From an uncultured Candidatus Saccharibacteria bacterium (GTDB taxonomy: Bacteria; Patescibacteriota; Doudnabacteria; UBA920): a stretch of 64,000 nucleotides of DNA. Numbering within the stretch: position 1 is the first letter of the stretch; the number at the start of each line of letters is the position of its first letter. Positions 1 to 10,369 of this stretch are shown piece after piece. The notes below the pieces were generated by a model. It saw only the letters and a program-made list of their open reading frames with translations. It was not told where the DNA came from and ran no database searches. Position numbers and translations under genes: made by a program. The stretch is from assembly GCA_964434195.1 (NCBI GenBank), contig CAYSUI010000005.1, positions 10,671 through 74,670 of the forward strand. The letters are read 5' to 3'.

Positions 1-92
1 ACTGCGGCTTCGACCTCTAGCCCCCTATCGTGCTTGAACTATACCACTAAAATACCTTGAAGTAAAGCCAACAAAATATTTATCAAGTAAAA

Positions 93-125
93 CAAAAAGC
101 ACGCTATTTTAAGCGTGCTTTTTAT
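93..125 (-). terminator. Intrinsic terminator after rpsP
   Basis: aaaaagcacgct-attttta-like loop-agcgtgcttttt inverted repeat with A/T tails. Confidence 0.7.
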
Positions 126-132
126 TTTTATA

Positions 133-525
133 CTATTCCGCTGCTGGAGTTTCGATTGATTTATCCTCAGTCTTTTCTGGTTCAGTTGTTGCTTCTACCT
201 CTTCTGCTTTTACCGCTGGAGTAGCTGGGGCAGACTCTTCAGCCTTTACCTCTTTTTTAGGTAAGGAGAAAGCTTTCACTTTTTTAGAAGTTAAAATCTT
301 TTGAGTAATAAATAAGTTCTCTACTGTAGGACTCATCTTAACATGCTGAGAAATCCAATAATTTACCCTTTCAGCATTTTTTAAACTAAAAGCCTTTGTT
401 CTAGGATTATAGTTACCCAATATCTCATTGAATTTCTTATTTGCAGCTGAAGTAGACTCGGTCAAAATAATTCTGAAATCCGGACTATTTTTCTTGCCAG
501 CTCTCTGTAAACGAATTGTTAACAT
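133..525 (-). CDS. rpsP: 30S ribosomal protein S16
   Basis: MLTIRLQRAGKKNSPDFRII...LGNYNP...YWISQHVKMSPTV matches the S16 pattern; Ala/Glu-rich tail. Confidence 0.95.
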   Translation of the reverse strand: MLTIRLQRAGKKNSPDFRIILTESTSAANKKFNEILGNYNPRTKAFSLKNAERVNYWISQHVKMSPTVENLFITQKILTSKKVKAFSLPKKEVKAEESAPATPAVKAEEVEATTEPEKTEDKSIETPAAE

Positions 526-680
526 CTTTAAAGTTAAATTAAATAAAGCCTCAATAGATTACAGTATAGCCACCCAAAAGTCAAGAAAACCCATGTAACC
601 CACTTATACACTATTGATATAATGAATAAAATACAGTATGTTACCGAATTACTGAATCAAACCCAAAAAAGGAGTGGCAT

Positions 681-1553
681 ATGAAAACCGAAATAATTCT
701 GATTCCTAACCTAGGGCGTACCCGACCAAAAACGAGCTTTCTACCTTCAATTATAGCGGTGGGCTTATTATTAATACTGGGTTCTGGGTTACTATATTCG
801 AACAAACGACTTATCAGAAGCCTCGAAACCAACTATCAACAAAAACTGGCCGAAGAAATTCAAAAAAATCTCACTCTTGAAAACAGATTAACCGAACTCA
901 ACAAAAGAATGCTTATTAGTACCCCTATAATAATAAGTATTCCTGGAAGTGAAGTTTATGACCTCATGACCGAAGACGCAAAAGAATTAGCCGATTTCAT
1001 TACCGCGAGAAATGTCTCATTTCTCTCAAGATTCAAAAATGGTAAAACCGGAAGTGGCTCAGGAGTGGACCTAGGTAACGGGTTAATAGTGACAGCTAGA
1101 CATGTAGTCGAAAACACTTCCATTACCCTAGTAAATTTCAAAAAATCTGAACCTTGGAGCATAGTATCTGACGACTACGACATCGCTCTTGTAAAAGTTC
1201 CAGAACTCGAAGGTTCTGAACCTATCGAAGAATATACACAACCACTTCACATAGGCCAAGCAGTTGCAGTTGTTGGTAATCCGAGTTTGGTAAAAAACCA
1301 AACCCTTTTCGGACCCATAACCAAAATAGACGAAGCTAAAGGTGTATTCGAAATAAGGGGAGGAACAGTATTCGGAAATTCCGGAGGCGGCGTTTATTCA
1401 GTCGACAAAAAACTAATTGGCGTAGTGAGTCAACTAGATTACAAGAGAGGAATTAATCTCTGTGTAATGAGTAAAAGATTCATACCCGTTGCAAAAGCAA
1501 ATGTAAGCTATATGCAAAACCAAGCCAGAAAACTTGGCTTGGTTAATCGCTGA
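681..1553 (+). CDS. Membrane-anchored trypsin-like serine protease
   Basis: TARHVV, DIALV and GNSGGG catalytic motifs; N-terminal TM segment and coiled coil; AGGAG RBS. Confidence 0.85.
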   Translation: MKTEIILIPNLGRTRPKTSFLPSIIAVGLLLILGSGLLYSNKRLIRSLETNYQQKLAEEIQKNLTLENRLTELNKRMLISTPIIISIPGSEVYDLMTEDAKELADFITARNVSFLSRFKNGKTGSGSGVDLGNGLIVTARHVVENTSITLVNFKKSEPWSIVSDDYDIALVKVPELEGSEPIEEYTQPLHIGQAVAVVGNPSLVKNQTLFGPITKIDEAKGVFEIRGGTVFGNSGGGVYSVDKKLIGVVSQLDYKRGINLCVMSKRFIPVAKANVSYMQNQARKLGLVNR

Positions 1554-1580
1554 ATATTTGAGCAAGAGTTTCTTGCTTTT

Positions 1581-4196
1581 TTATTTTGCAAAAACTTTTG
1601 CTTGGTCGAATTTTATAGAAAGAAGCTTTGATATACCATCATCACCCATAGTTACTCCATAAATAGTGTTCGCCTGACTCATGGTCTCTCTGTTATGAGT
1701 AATGGTAATAAATTGGGTCTGATGAGCAAGCGTACCTAATATCTGACCAAAACGCATAGTATTTGCTTCATCCAAAGCTGCATCGACTTCATCTAACATC
1801 ACGAAAGGAGAAGGAAAACTAGAAAGCAAACTACACAATAAAGCAATTGAGGTAAGCGCTCTTTCCCCTCCAGACAAAGCTTGAATGGTAGAAAGCTTTT
1901 TCCCTGGAGGTGTCGCCTTAATATCTATACCATAAATATTATTCTTCCCGTGTTCGTACTTTTTTACAATCTTTTCTTCAGGTCTTAGTTTTTGGGCATC
2001 ATCTATTTCTTCATTACCCAACATTACTTCCTCTGGCTCTGGTTTTTCTTCATTCTTTATTACAGACAAATAAGCTCGCCCACCATTAAATAATATCCTA
2101 AAATAGTATTCAAATTTTTCGTTAATCTTATGAAAAGCCTGGTTAAAGCTACTTGTAATATGAGTATCTAGTTCATCCATTACAGATTTTAAATCTTGCA
2201 TTGCTTTTTTTAGATCATCCACTTGTCCAGTTAAATGAGTATGCCTCATTTCAGTCTCGGTATATTCTTTTACAGTCAACTCATCTACCCCACCAATCAT
2301 TTCCAATTGGTGTCTTAGTCTCTCAATTTTATGAACTAACTGATTATCTTCTGTTAACTGCTTTTGCTTCACTACTTCCACCCAACCCTCTTCACCCAAA
2401 GCCTGCATTACTTCTCTTTGCAGATTTTCAAAATTCGTATCAATTCTAGCTTTCTCAACCGCAAAACTCGATTCCGTATCCCTCAACCTCATAAGTACTT
2501 GCTGCTTCTCTCTTACAATCTTGTCATGCTCGTTTGCTTCTTCTCTTTCTTTCTTCTCTGCATCATAAAAAACCTGCATATCCGATTGTATATTTGCAAT
2601 TTCTTTTTCGATATCTGAAAGATCCCGTTTTAATCTATTCTCTTCCTCTGCAATTTGCGTAACGAAATCACTATCTGTAGAAGAAGCCTTTGAAATTTCT
2701 ATTTCAAGACTATGTCTTTCTACTTCTAAACCTTCAACTTGTTTAGATAAAAATTCCCTAGCTACAGAGGTTTTAGAAATCTCTACCGACATAGCTGAGA
2801 GACTTCCACTAACTCTTTCCTTTTCCGCCAAAGTCCCTTGAAGCAATTCTTTAAGTTGCTTCATTGTATTTTGCGGACTAGTTAATTCACCATGTAATAC
2901 TTGTTTGAAATTTAAAAATTTCTGCCTAAAAGACGACGCATTTCTTTGAACAGAGCTTAAATCTCCGCTAGTCTCTATGACATTAAAAAATTCATAGAAG
3001 CTTACTTCCAAACTTTCAAGGTCATTTACCAACCTATTTGCATCTATTTCATGAGGCTCACTAAGTCTTCTATAAACCTCTTCTAGTCTTTTATTAATTT
3101 CCGCTAGTCGACTGGTAGCCTCGGCCAAATTTACCTTCTGAGCCTTTTCTTCTTGCTCAATTTTTTGCAAGGAAGCCTTAAGTTCCTCTAATTTCCCAGT
3201 AACTATGTGTAAATTTGCCCTCAAGGTCTCCGGGTCACCCGCAGAAACACTCTTTCTACTTTCAAGCCTTCCTCTGAGCATACTCAAGTGCTCTAACAAC
3301 TTATTTTTTTCGTGCTGAAGTTTTGTAAAATTCGACTGAAGTCCACCAAGGGCTACTACTTGGTCATCTTTCCTCTTATCACTACTAGAAGACGCTTGGA
3401 GCATTCTACTAATTTCCTCTTCCGCTTTAGCCCTAGCCGCTTCTGCGTCAGATAATTTCTTCTGTGCTATTTCTAGTTCAGAACTCAAACGAATATGAGA
3501 ATTGCCATAATGAGCCATTAACAAAAGCTTCATTTCCACTTCTATCTTTTCTCTTTCTTCCATTCTTTTCGCAAGCCTCCTAAGACTTTTCAGTCTCGGT
3601 TCTATCTCCGCGATTAGATCTTCCGCGCGCATTAAATTCTGAGCAGTTTGTTCTAACCTTCTTAAGGTTTTTTCCCTGCGCATGTAATAAGTTTTTACAC
3701 CGCTAGCTTCATCTATTAACTCCTTCACTCCACTAGGACCCTGTAAGATAAACTGATCAATTGTCCCCTGGCCAATAACTGTATATCTAGATGTCCCAAT
3801 ATTACTCTTGAGTACTAAATCTACAATATCCAAAAGCCTAACCTTATTTCCGTTTATAAGGTACTCGCTTTCACCGCTCCTATCCACTCTTCTCCCTATA
3901 CTAACCTCTGCACTATCTACCGGGATTTTTCTATCTCTATTATCAAAAGTCGCAAAGACTTCAGCTAGTCCAGCTCTTCCCTTCTGATCACTCCCTGCAA
4001 AAATCACATCGTCACTTTTTTTCCCTCGCATCAACTTAGCACTCTGCTCTCCTAATACCCAACGAAGACAATCCGCAGTATTACTCTTTCCTGATCCATT
4101 TGGACCAACAATCGCAGTAATACCCTTATCAAATTCGAGAAGAGTTTTCTTTGCAAAGGACTTAAATCCTTGAATTTCTAATCGTTTTAAATACAT
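1581..4196 (-). CDS. smc: Chromosome segregation protein SMC (short form)
   Basis: MYLKRLEIQGFKSF, GPNGSGKSN Walker A, LSGGE signature, LDEVDAALD Walker B. Confidence 0.93.
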   Translation of the reverse strand: MYLKRLEIQGFKSFAKKTLLEFDKGITAIVGPNGSGKSNTADCLRWVLGEQSAKLMRGKKSDDVIFAGSDQKGRAGLAEVFATFDNRDRKIPVDSAEVSIGRRVDRSGESEYLINGNKVRLLDIVDLVLKSNIGTSRYTVIGQGTIDQFILQGPSGVKELIDEASGVKTYYMRREKTLRRLEQTAQNLMRAEDLIAEIEPRLKSLRRLAKRMEEREKIEVEMKLLLMAHYGNSHIRLSSELEIAQKKLSDAEAARAKAEEEISRMLQASSSSDKRKDDQVVALGGLQSNFTKLQHEKNKLLEHLSMLRGRLESRKSVSAGDPETLRANLHIVTGKLEELKASLQKIEQEEKAQKVNLAEATSRLAEINKRLEEVYRRLSEPHEIDANRLVNDLESLEVSFYEFFNVIETSGDLSSVQRNASSFRQKFLNFKQVLHGELTSPQNTMKQLKELLQGTLAEKERVSGSLSAMSVEISKTSVAREFLSKQVEGLEVERHSLEIEISKASSTDSDFVTQIAEEENRLKRDLSDIEKEIANIQSDMQVFYDAEKKEREEANEHDKIVREKQQVLMRLRDTESSFAVEKARIDTNFENLQREVMQALGEEGWVEVVKQKQLTEDNQLVHKIERLRHQLEMIGGVDELTVKEYTETEMRHTHLTGQVDDLKKAMQDLKSVMDELDTHITSSFNQAFHKINEKFEYYFRILFNGGRAYLSVIKNEEKPEPEEVMLGNEEIDDAQKLRPEEKIVKKYEHGKNNIYGIDIKATPPGKKLSTIQALSGGERALTSIALLCSLLSSFPSPFVMLDEVDAALDEANTMRFGQILGTLAHQTQFITITHNRETMSQANTIYGVTMGDDGISKLLSIKFDQAKVFAK

Positions 4197-4306
4197 AGTT
4201 TATACCATAAAATTATAGCATGTTATCACTTACATTCACGAAGAAAAAAAATTCAAAAATAAGTGTTAAAACTTAAAATCAAATAAAAAAAGCTAGCAAT
4301 CTAGCA

Positions 4307-4597
4307 TTAAACAGTAGCTAACATTGGCTTTCTGTTATACTCCACGGGTCTCAATTGCGGAGGAAGCTTTTTCTCCGGTTTACATCCACAATTTTTGAAT
4401 TGAAATCCTGGCGCCTCAAGCAATATTACCCCCGGCACCTTCTCATCTGTTTCGTCACGAATTATAACTTCGATTGCATACCAGGTAAGGTGCTTATCTC
4501 CACGAAGTGTAATTCTCTGGCAGTCAGGACATTTCGATTCGACAAAAGCTTCATTGAGTTCATTTACTAAATCGTAAATTTGAATTCTTCCTACCAT
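4307..4597 (-). CDS. Hypothetical protein with CPDC and CGC motifs
   Basis: AGGAGG RBS before ATG at 4597; possible metal-binding cysteines. Confidence 0.55.
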   Translation of the reverse strand: MVGRIQIYDLVNELNEAFVESKCPDCQRITLRGDKHLTWYAIEVIIRDETDEKVPGVILLEAPGFQFKNCGCKPEKKLPPQLRPVEYNRKPMLATV

Positions 4598-4822
4598 ATT
4601 ACCTCCTATTTTTTCAATCAAATTAGCATTTTGGTTAAAAAAAATACCCCATTCCTTCGGGGCTTACCTCGTAATTTCGTTCTTTGTTTGGATATTTTTC
4701 TTAAACCAAATATACATACTAAAAGGATTATAAAAAAACAAAAACCCCCCGTCAACACCACTTTTCCCCACCCTAAATTCTAGAATTTTTTATTCTGAGA
4801 TTTACTTATTCACTCAGAGCAC

Positions 4823-4942
4823 AATTGCTTAGTTTGAGTGCAGTTTGGTCGATTTTTGAGGACTTCGTTGGAGGCGTCCGTGACTGGGACGGCGGAAACA
4901 AGCCCGGAAAAAATCGGCCAAAATGCGCCAAAATAAGCAATT
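4823..4942. repeat. Long imperfect palindromic element (family D), related to the 20974-21600 array
   Basis: aattgcttagtttg...caaaataagcaatt terminal stem; ggaggcgtccgtg(a)ctgggacgg...aaatcggc.aaaa.gc.gccaaaata also at about 21528-21595. Confidence 0.75.
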
Positions 4943-4948
4943 CCGTGG

Positions 4949-5638
4949 CTATGCAAGATTCCCCAATGCATTTTCAGCTGCGGATATTTCAGCCTCTTGC
5001 TTACTCGGTCCCTTCCCCCTCCCTATCTCTTCCTTTCCTACATAGGCGGCCACTACGAATACCTTGTCATGATCCGGTCCAGACTCCGACACAACACCAT
5101 AGGTTGGTGTTATGCCTCGCTTATCTTGAATCATTTCCTGAAGTTTACTTTTTGGGTCCATATACTTACCACCTTCTATAACACCAGGTAATTCTACTAA
5201 TACATATTTGGTTATAAATTGTGCGGATATTACATAACCCAAATCTAGATACACAGCGCCAATAAATGCTTCTATTGCATTGGCTAATATTACCTGACGA
5301 GCTCTTCCCATATCTTTCGCTTCACCTCTGGACATAAGCAAATACTCTTCAAAACCAAGCCTCTTAGCTATGTCCGAAAGCATTTTATAGTTAACTAAAG
5401 CACTTCTAAAATTAGTAAGCTCTCCTTCTGAATAAGGATAATTTTTATACAAATATTCTGTTGCTACTAACTCCAACACAGCATCTCCTAAAAATTCCAA
5501 TCTCTCATTATGAGGCAAACCAAAAGACCTATTCTCGTTCAAATAGGATCTATGAGTAAAACTCGAAATATATAAATTAATGTCACGAACCTCTGTCCCC
5601 AGAAGCTGCTCTACTTGCTGCTTAGTTATATTTGGCAT
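4949..5638 (-). CDS. rnc: Ribonuclease III
   Basis: HNERLEFLGDAVL signature and C-terminal dsRBD; start placed at MPNITK. Confidence 0.96.
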   Translation of the reverse strand: MPNITKQQVEQLLGTEVRDINLYISSFTHRSYLNENRSFGLPHNERLEFLGDAVLELVATEYLYKNYPYSEGELTNFRSALVNYKMLSDIAKRLGFEEYLLMSRGEAKDMGRARQVILANAIEAFIGAVYLDLGYVISAQFITKYVLVELPGVIEGGKYMDPKSKLQEMIQDKRGITPTYGVVSESGPDHDKVFVVAAYVGKEEIGRGKGPSKQEAEISAAENALGNLA

Positions 5639-5802
5639 GAACTCTAAGTCAAAGTTCAAAAGGCAAAATTCAAAACTGAAAATTTCAGACAAAAACCGCT
5701 TACCCAATTTTTGCTTCTAATTTCAATTTTAATTTTTGATTTTTGACTTTTTAATTATTTATTTGGTAGGTACGCTAAACGTACCTATAATCACGTTAAG
5801 CG

Positions 5803-5878
5803 TGGTGGGCGATACAGGAATCGAACCTGTCACCTACTCTACGTCAAAGAGTCGCTCTACCATATGAGCTAATCGCCC
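5803..5878 (-). tRNA. tRNA-Val(GAC)
   Basis: Cloverleaf gggcgattagctc...ttGACgt...ggttcgattcc...cccacca. Confidence 0.93.
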
Positions 5879-5880
5879 TA

Positions 5881-6810
5881 TTATCTCGCTGACTGAACAA
5901 CTGGCTTCAATCTATACTCAGGATTCTCTATATCCCCAAGTAGCTTAAAGAACAAGATGACCAATACTGTGTTGAAAAAAACACTAAATATCGCAGCCGA
6001 AATCCAAAATATTATACCTAATATACTGTCTCTAATCAATACCCCATTATTGCTCGTTAACAATTGTAAATTAACACCATAATCAATCACCTTTACCAAT
6101 ACCAAAGATGTAAGGTGAGCGATCATTCTACTTAAATAAACCACACACAAATGCAATACACTCAAAATAACTCCTACTCGAACTATTTCTATCCACCTTG
6201 TATGAAAAAGATCTGCCGCTAGATTCAAAGACTTTAACCAATCTTGTTTAAAAAACACAATAAACATAATTGCAAACAAATTCAGGCAAGAAAAAATAAA
6301 ACCAATAAATAACAAAACCAGAGAACCAATAGGAAGAATGCTCAAGAGCAATGATACTGAGTCCTTTAACCAATAAAATGGTAAAAATACCAACAAAGAA
6401 GACACTAGCATTAACAATGTAGTAAGACCACTAACAAAAATCACCCGCAATAAAGTAATTCTATATGCTCGAAAAAACTGGAAATAATTATCCAAGTTAG
6501 CTTTCTCTACTTTACCCAACAACTTACCAACGGCAACTATCAGAACTACCCTAGAAATATTTGTAGTCAAAGCACCAAACAATACGAAGACAAGCAAACC
6601 CAACGATAGTATAAATAAAAACTCAGGTTTTAATACTAACACTGCAGCCAATACTGGTAAATTTTTAACAATAACGACTTTATCTAAATAACTATTCATC
6701 CCTAAAAAGTACAACGGGAATGCCCCAGTCATAAATAAACCAAAAAACCACAACCATCTGTGGTTTTTTGTTATCTCAAACGCCTGATTGATTAATTCAA
6801 AAATTCTCAT
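5881..6810 (-). CDS. Multi-pass membrane protein
   Basis: Several hydrophobic segments; RWLWFFGLF N-terminal motif; probable start MRIFELI. Confidence 0.7.
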   Translation of the reverse strand: MRIFELINQAFEITKNHRWLWFFGLFMTGAFPLYFLGMNSYLDKVVIVKNLPVLAAVLVLKPEFLFILSLGLLVFVLFGALTTNISRVVLIVAVGKLLGKVEKANLDNYFQFFRAYRITLLRVIFVSGLTTLLMLVSSLLVFLPFYWLKDSVSLLLSILPIGSLVLLFIGFIFSCLNLFAIMFIVFFKQDWLKSLNLAADLFHTRWIEIVRVGVILSVLHLCVVYLSRMIAHLTSLVLVKVIDYGVNLQLLTSNNGVLIRDSILGIIFWISAAIFSVFFNTVLVILFFKLLGDIENPEYRLKPVVQSAR

Positions 6811-6850
6811 ATAAGCTCGTTTGTAGATTTTAAATCCAAATTGTTCGATA

Positions 6851-8725
6851 CTAAGTTCCCGATTCAGTAGGCTGTACATCAAACTCTGGGACTTGTTTTT
6901 TTTGTGGAGGCAACACCCCTTTTACAATTTCCGCAAACTGTTCTTGCTCCAAAGTTTCTTCTTTCACCAATCTCTCGGCTATAGTATTCAGCACATCTCT
7001 ATGTTTATTCAAAACCTCAGTCGCTCGTGCCAAACCTTCTTTCATTATTTTCGAGACTTCTTCATCAATAAGCTTAGCCACATCATCACTATAATTTTTC
7101 TGCTCGCCAAGATCCCTTCCTAAAAATACATTCTCATGATTTTCGCCAAGAGTTACAGGCCCAAGAGTATTGCTCATCCCGTACTGGGTGACCATTTTCC
7201 TAGCCATGCTTGTAGCTACTTTCATATCGTTACTAGCGCCTGTAGTTAACTCGTTAAACACTAATTGTTCAGCTGCATACCCACCAAGTAGTGCTGCTAT
7301 CTCATCTAGGAAGCTAGATTTTGTATGCAAGTGCTTATCCTCTACAGGAAGCTTCATAGTATAACCTGCTGCGCGACCACGAGATAAAATTGTAACCTTA
7401 TGGACTGGGTCAGAATAAGGTAATACTGAACCCACTAAAGCATGTCCACCCTCATGAAAAGCAGTAACTTTCTTCTCTTCGTCATTTAGAATATGACTCT
7501 TTCTCTGTGGTCCTAGCATTACTTTCTCTATCGACTCTTTAAGCTCTGAATTCCCTATATCTGTTCTATTATTCCTTGCCGCCATTATGGCTGCTTCATT
7601 TATAATATTTGCTAAATCTGCACCACTGAATCCTGGGGTTCTTTCAGCGATCTTCCTATAGTTAACCTCTTCTCTCATAGGCTTACCTACAGCATGAACT
7701 TTTAGAATTTCTTCTCTATCTTTCACGTCAGGTAGATCCAAAACAACCTGTCTATCAAATCTACCGGGCCTCAAAAGAGCTGGATCTAAAACATCTGGCC
7801 TATTAGTTGCAGCAATCACAATTACATTCGTGTCTGTCTCAAAACCATCCATCTCAACAAGGATTTGGTTTAAGGTTTGCTCTCTTTCATCATGCCCTCC
7901 ACCTAAACCTGCTCCTCGCTGACGCCCTACGGCATCTATTTCATCTATAAAAATAATACATGGTGCATTTTTCTTAGCCTTCCTAAACATATCTCGAACT
8001 CTACTAGCACCTACACCAACAAACATTTCTACAAATTCTGAACCAGATATGTGGAAAAATGGCACATTCGCTTCCCCGGCTACCGCTCTTGCAAGCATTG
8101 TCTTACCAACACCAGGAGAACCAAGAAGCAATACACCCTTTGGAATTTTTGCTCCTAAATTTAAAAACTTTTGCGGATACTTTAAAAAATCTACAACTTC
8201 CTTAAGTTCTTCCTTTGCTTCCTTCGCACCTGCTACATCTGCGAATCTAACTTTATTTTTTCTTTCATCGGAAAGCCTAACAGAACTCTGCCCAAAGGAC
8301 ATTGCTCTATTATTAGAACCTTGAATCTGCCTCATCAAGAAAAAGATGACGATCGAAATAAATATTACAGGGATTAAAAAGTAAAATAGATTATTAGCTA
8401 CCCCTACCCATGCACTCGCATGCAAATATTCAATTTTTACCGCCCTTATTTTTTCAGCATCTACACCATTATCCTTAAAGAAAGCCGTCACATCTGAATT
8501 CTTGCTAATATTTGAAGATAATTTAGTATCACTATCTTTAAGTTTGGCTTGTAGTTCTTCCTGATCGATCTGAATAGTTTCTATTTTACTCTGATTAACC
8601 AAGTTAGCTATCTCTGTCATCGACACCTTCTTAGTCTTTTCCCCACCCGCAACAAGAGATATCAAAAAAGACACCAACAAAAACACAACTAATATAAATA
8701 CAATATTTCGCGTAATCTTACCCAT
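6851..8725 (-). CDS. ftsH: ATP-dependent zinc metalloprotease FtsH
   Basis: Two TMs, [28 protein letters not shown] zinc motif. Confidence 0.97.
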   Translation of the reverse strand: MGKITRNIVFILVVFLLVSFLISLVAGGEKTKKVSMTEIANLVNQSKIETIQIDQEELQAKLKDSDTKLSSNISKNSDVTAFFKDNGVDAEKIRAVKIEYLHASAWVGVANNLFYFLIPVIFISIVIFFLMRQIQGSNNRAMSFGQSSVRLSDERKNKVRFADVAGAKEAKEELKEVVDFLKYPQKFLNLGAKIPKGVLLLGSPGVGKTMLARAVAGEANVPFFHISGSEFVEMFVGVGASRVRDMFRKAKKNAPCIIFIDEIDAVGRQRGAGLGGGHDEREQTLNQILVEMDGFETDTNVIVIAATNRPDVLDPALLRPGRFDRQVVLDLPDVKDREEILKVHAVGKPMREEVNYRKIAERTPGFSGADLANIINEAAIMAARNNRTDIGNSELKESIEKVMLGPQRKSHILNDEEKKVTAFHEGGHALVGSVLPYSDPVHKVTILSRGRAAGYTMKLPVEDKHLHTKSSFLDEIAALLGGYAAEQLVFNELTTGASNDMKVATSMARKMVTQYGMSNTLGPVTLGENHENVFLGRDLGEQKNYSDDVAKLIDEEVSKIMKEGLARATEVLNKHRDVLNTIAERLVKEETLEQEQFAEIVKGVLPPQKKQVPEFDVQPTESGT

Positions 8726-8748
8726 AAAAAATTTTAGACTTAATCAAT

Positions 8749-8886
8749 TTCACGAGCGCAGCAATGTGAATGCGCTAACCAAATGTAACTGGTTACATTT
8801 GAAAGGGACAACAAGGTGAACGTAGTGTAAGGTTTATGAAGCGAAAGCGTAATAAACCTGAAACGTAGTGAGCCTTGATTGGCCCG
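8749..8886. repeat. tRNA-3'-attached structured element, family A, copy 1
   Basis: Abuts the CCA of tRNA-Leu(TAG); homologous to 46027-46164, 46386-46522 and 59989-60126. Confidence 0.9.
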
Positions 8887-8971
8887 TGGTGCCGAAGGAG
8901 GGACTCGAACCCTCAAGCCTTGCGGCACACGCTCCTAAGGCGTGCGCGTATACCAATTCCGCCACTTCGGC
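8887..8971 (-). tRNA. tRNA-Leu(TAG)
   Basis: Type II cloverleaf, anticodon loop ctTAGga, encoded CCA. Confidence 0.95.
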
Positions 8972-9055
8972 AATATTAAAGTACAAAATATATACTAATG
9001 GAAACGAAAGATACTCGCAACTATTAATAAAATACTACGTATTTAAACGTAGTCT

Positions 9056-9559
9056 TTAAAACACAGTCTCTCCGTTTGATAGACGGTAAATTGCAATTGA
9101 AATATTCCAAATAAAATGAGCGGAAGTCGTTACCAAAAAAGCTTTAACATAATTATTTCTAAACCCACCGCACTTCAAAAATAAAAACGATAAGCATATC
9201 CCGCCCATACCTTGAGCAAATAGGTTAACTATGTTGCCATGCAAAATCCCGAAAACAAAAGATAAACCAAATGCACAAGCTAGCACTTTCGAAGATAAAC
9301 CCCAAACCTCAATTGCCACTACTAAAGGTAAACGAAAAATAAACTCTTCAATTGCAGCAAAACAAAACAACAATACAGGAAAATATGGTTGAGTCATGTC
9401 TAAGGATGGCTCCCGCGGCGGTAGTTTAAAACTTAAATATGAGAGTAAATCAACTAATGAATATTCAAGGATAAAATCAATACCCAGGGTTACTAAAACA
9501 TAAATCACTACCTTATACCCAAGGACTTCATCATTCAACCAAGTTAAAACCTTTTTCAT
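9056..9559 (-). CDS. CPBP/CAAX-like intramembrane metalloprotease
   Basis: EEFIFR, FGILH and HFIWN motifs; GGAGG RBS. Confidence 0.75.
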   Translation of the reverse strand: MKKVLTWLNDEVLGYKVVIYVLVTLGIDFILEYSLVDLLSYLSFKLPPREPSLDMTQPYFPVLLFCFAAIEEFIFRLPLVVAIEVWGLSSKVLACAFGLSFVFGILHGNIVNLFAQGMGGICLSFLFLKCGGFRNNYVKAFLVTTSAHFIWNISIAIYRLSNGETVF

Positions 9560-9656
9560 ACTTCCTCCAAAGTAATAAAATTTGAAATACTGGCTATTAT
9601 GATAAAAATATAAAAAAATGTCTAGAGCTATTCTCTAGACATTTTTATAAATTCAA

Positions 9657-10349
9657 TTAAGGTCTTGGCACAGATCCACCACCACTAGTATTTCCACCAC
9701 CTACCAGCGTACCCAGAAAATCACTATTAGTTAAAGTGCCAGTTACAACCGAGACTATTACGAAAGACATAATAACAACAATCAAACCAACTACGGCATA
9801 TGTTAAGGTTTTCTTACCCTTTGTAGCCGCTTCTTCATTCCCACGAGACATAATGAACTGGAAACCGCCGACTATAATCAGCACTACTGCGATCATACCA
9901 GAAAGCGTTAACAACACTCTTATTATAAGAGTTGCAAGTGCTCCAATGCTTGTACTTCTTGCTACACTTCCCGGCTGAAATCCACCATACTCAGGAACGC
10001 AAATTCCATTCCTCTCAGAAAACCCTTCACACAATCCACTTCCAGCCGTATTACCAGAATTTCCCGTATTCCCTGTATTCCCACCTGTCGGATTTGCACT
10101 AGCTGCCGCAGTCTTATGGCAAGAAAATTGCGCAGGATCAAAGTTATAACCATTAGGACACTTAATCGGTCCAGTTGGTAAAGAGTTTTCATCAACACAC
10201 TGACCTTGGTTCGGGTCAGGCACACCCCTATCACATGTTCCATCAACCCACTCAGCCTGCTGTGCAAAAACAGGTGCAGGAATAATCGCACTAAAGATTA
10301 TTCCTAAATACATTCCAACAAACAGACTATTTTTAAAAAACTTTCGCAT
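9657..10349 (-). CDS. VirB2/TrbC-like pilin with Cys-containing N-terminal extension
   Basis: Signal peptide; AVVLIIVGGFQFIMSRGNEEAATKGKKTLTYAVVGL two-TM pilin motif. Confidence 0.8.
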   Translation of the reverse strand: MRKFFKNSLFVGMYLGIIFSAIIPAPVFAQQAEWVDGTCDRGVPDPNQGQCVDENSLPTGPIKCPNGYNFDPAQFSCHKTAAASANPTGGNTGNTGNSGNTAGSGLCEGFSERNGICVPEYGGFQPGSVARSTSIGALATLIIRVLLTLSGMIAVVLIIVGGFQFIMSRGNEEAATKGKKTLTYAVVGLIVVIMSFVIVSVVTGTLTNSDFLGTLVGGGNTSGGGSVPRP

Positions 10350-10369
10350 CTTTAAAATTTTATAAAGTA

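Noticed and set aside
4806-4822. Orphan rnc tail (ALSE*) after the family D element
   Set aside because: Only two residues match the real end (ALGNLA*); too weak to count as a scar.
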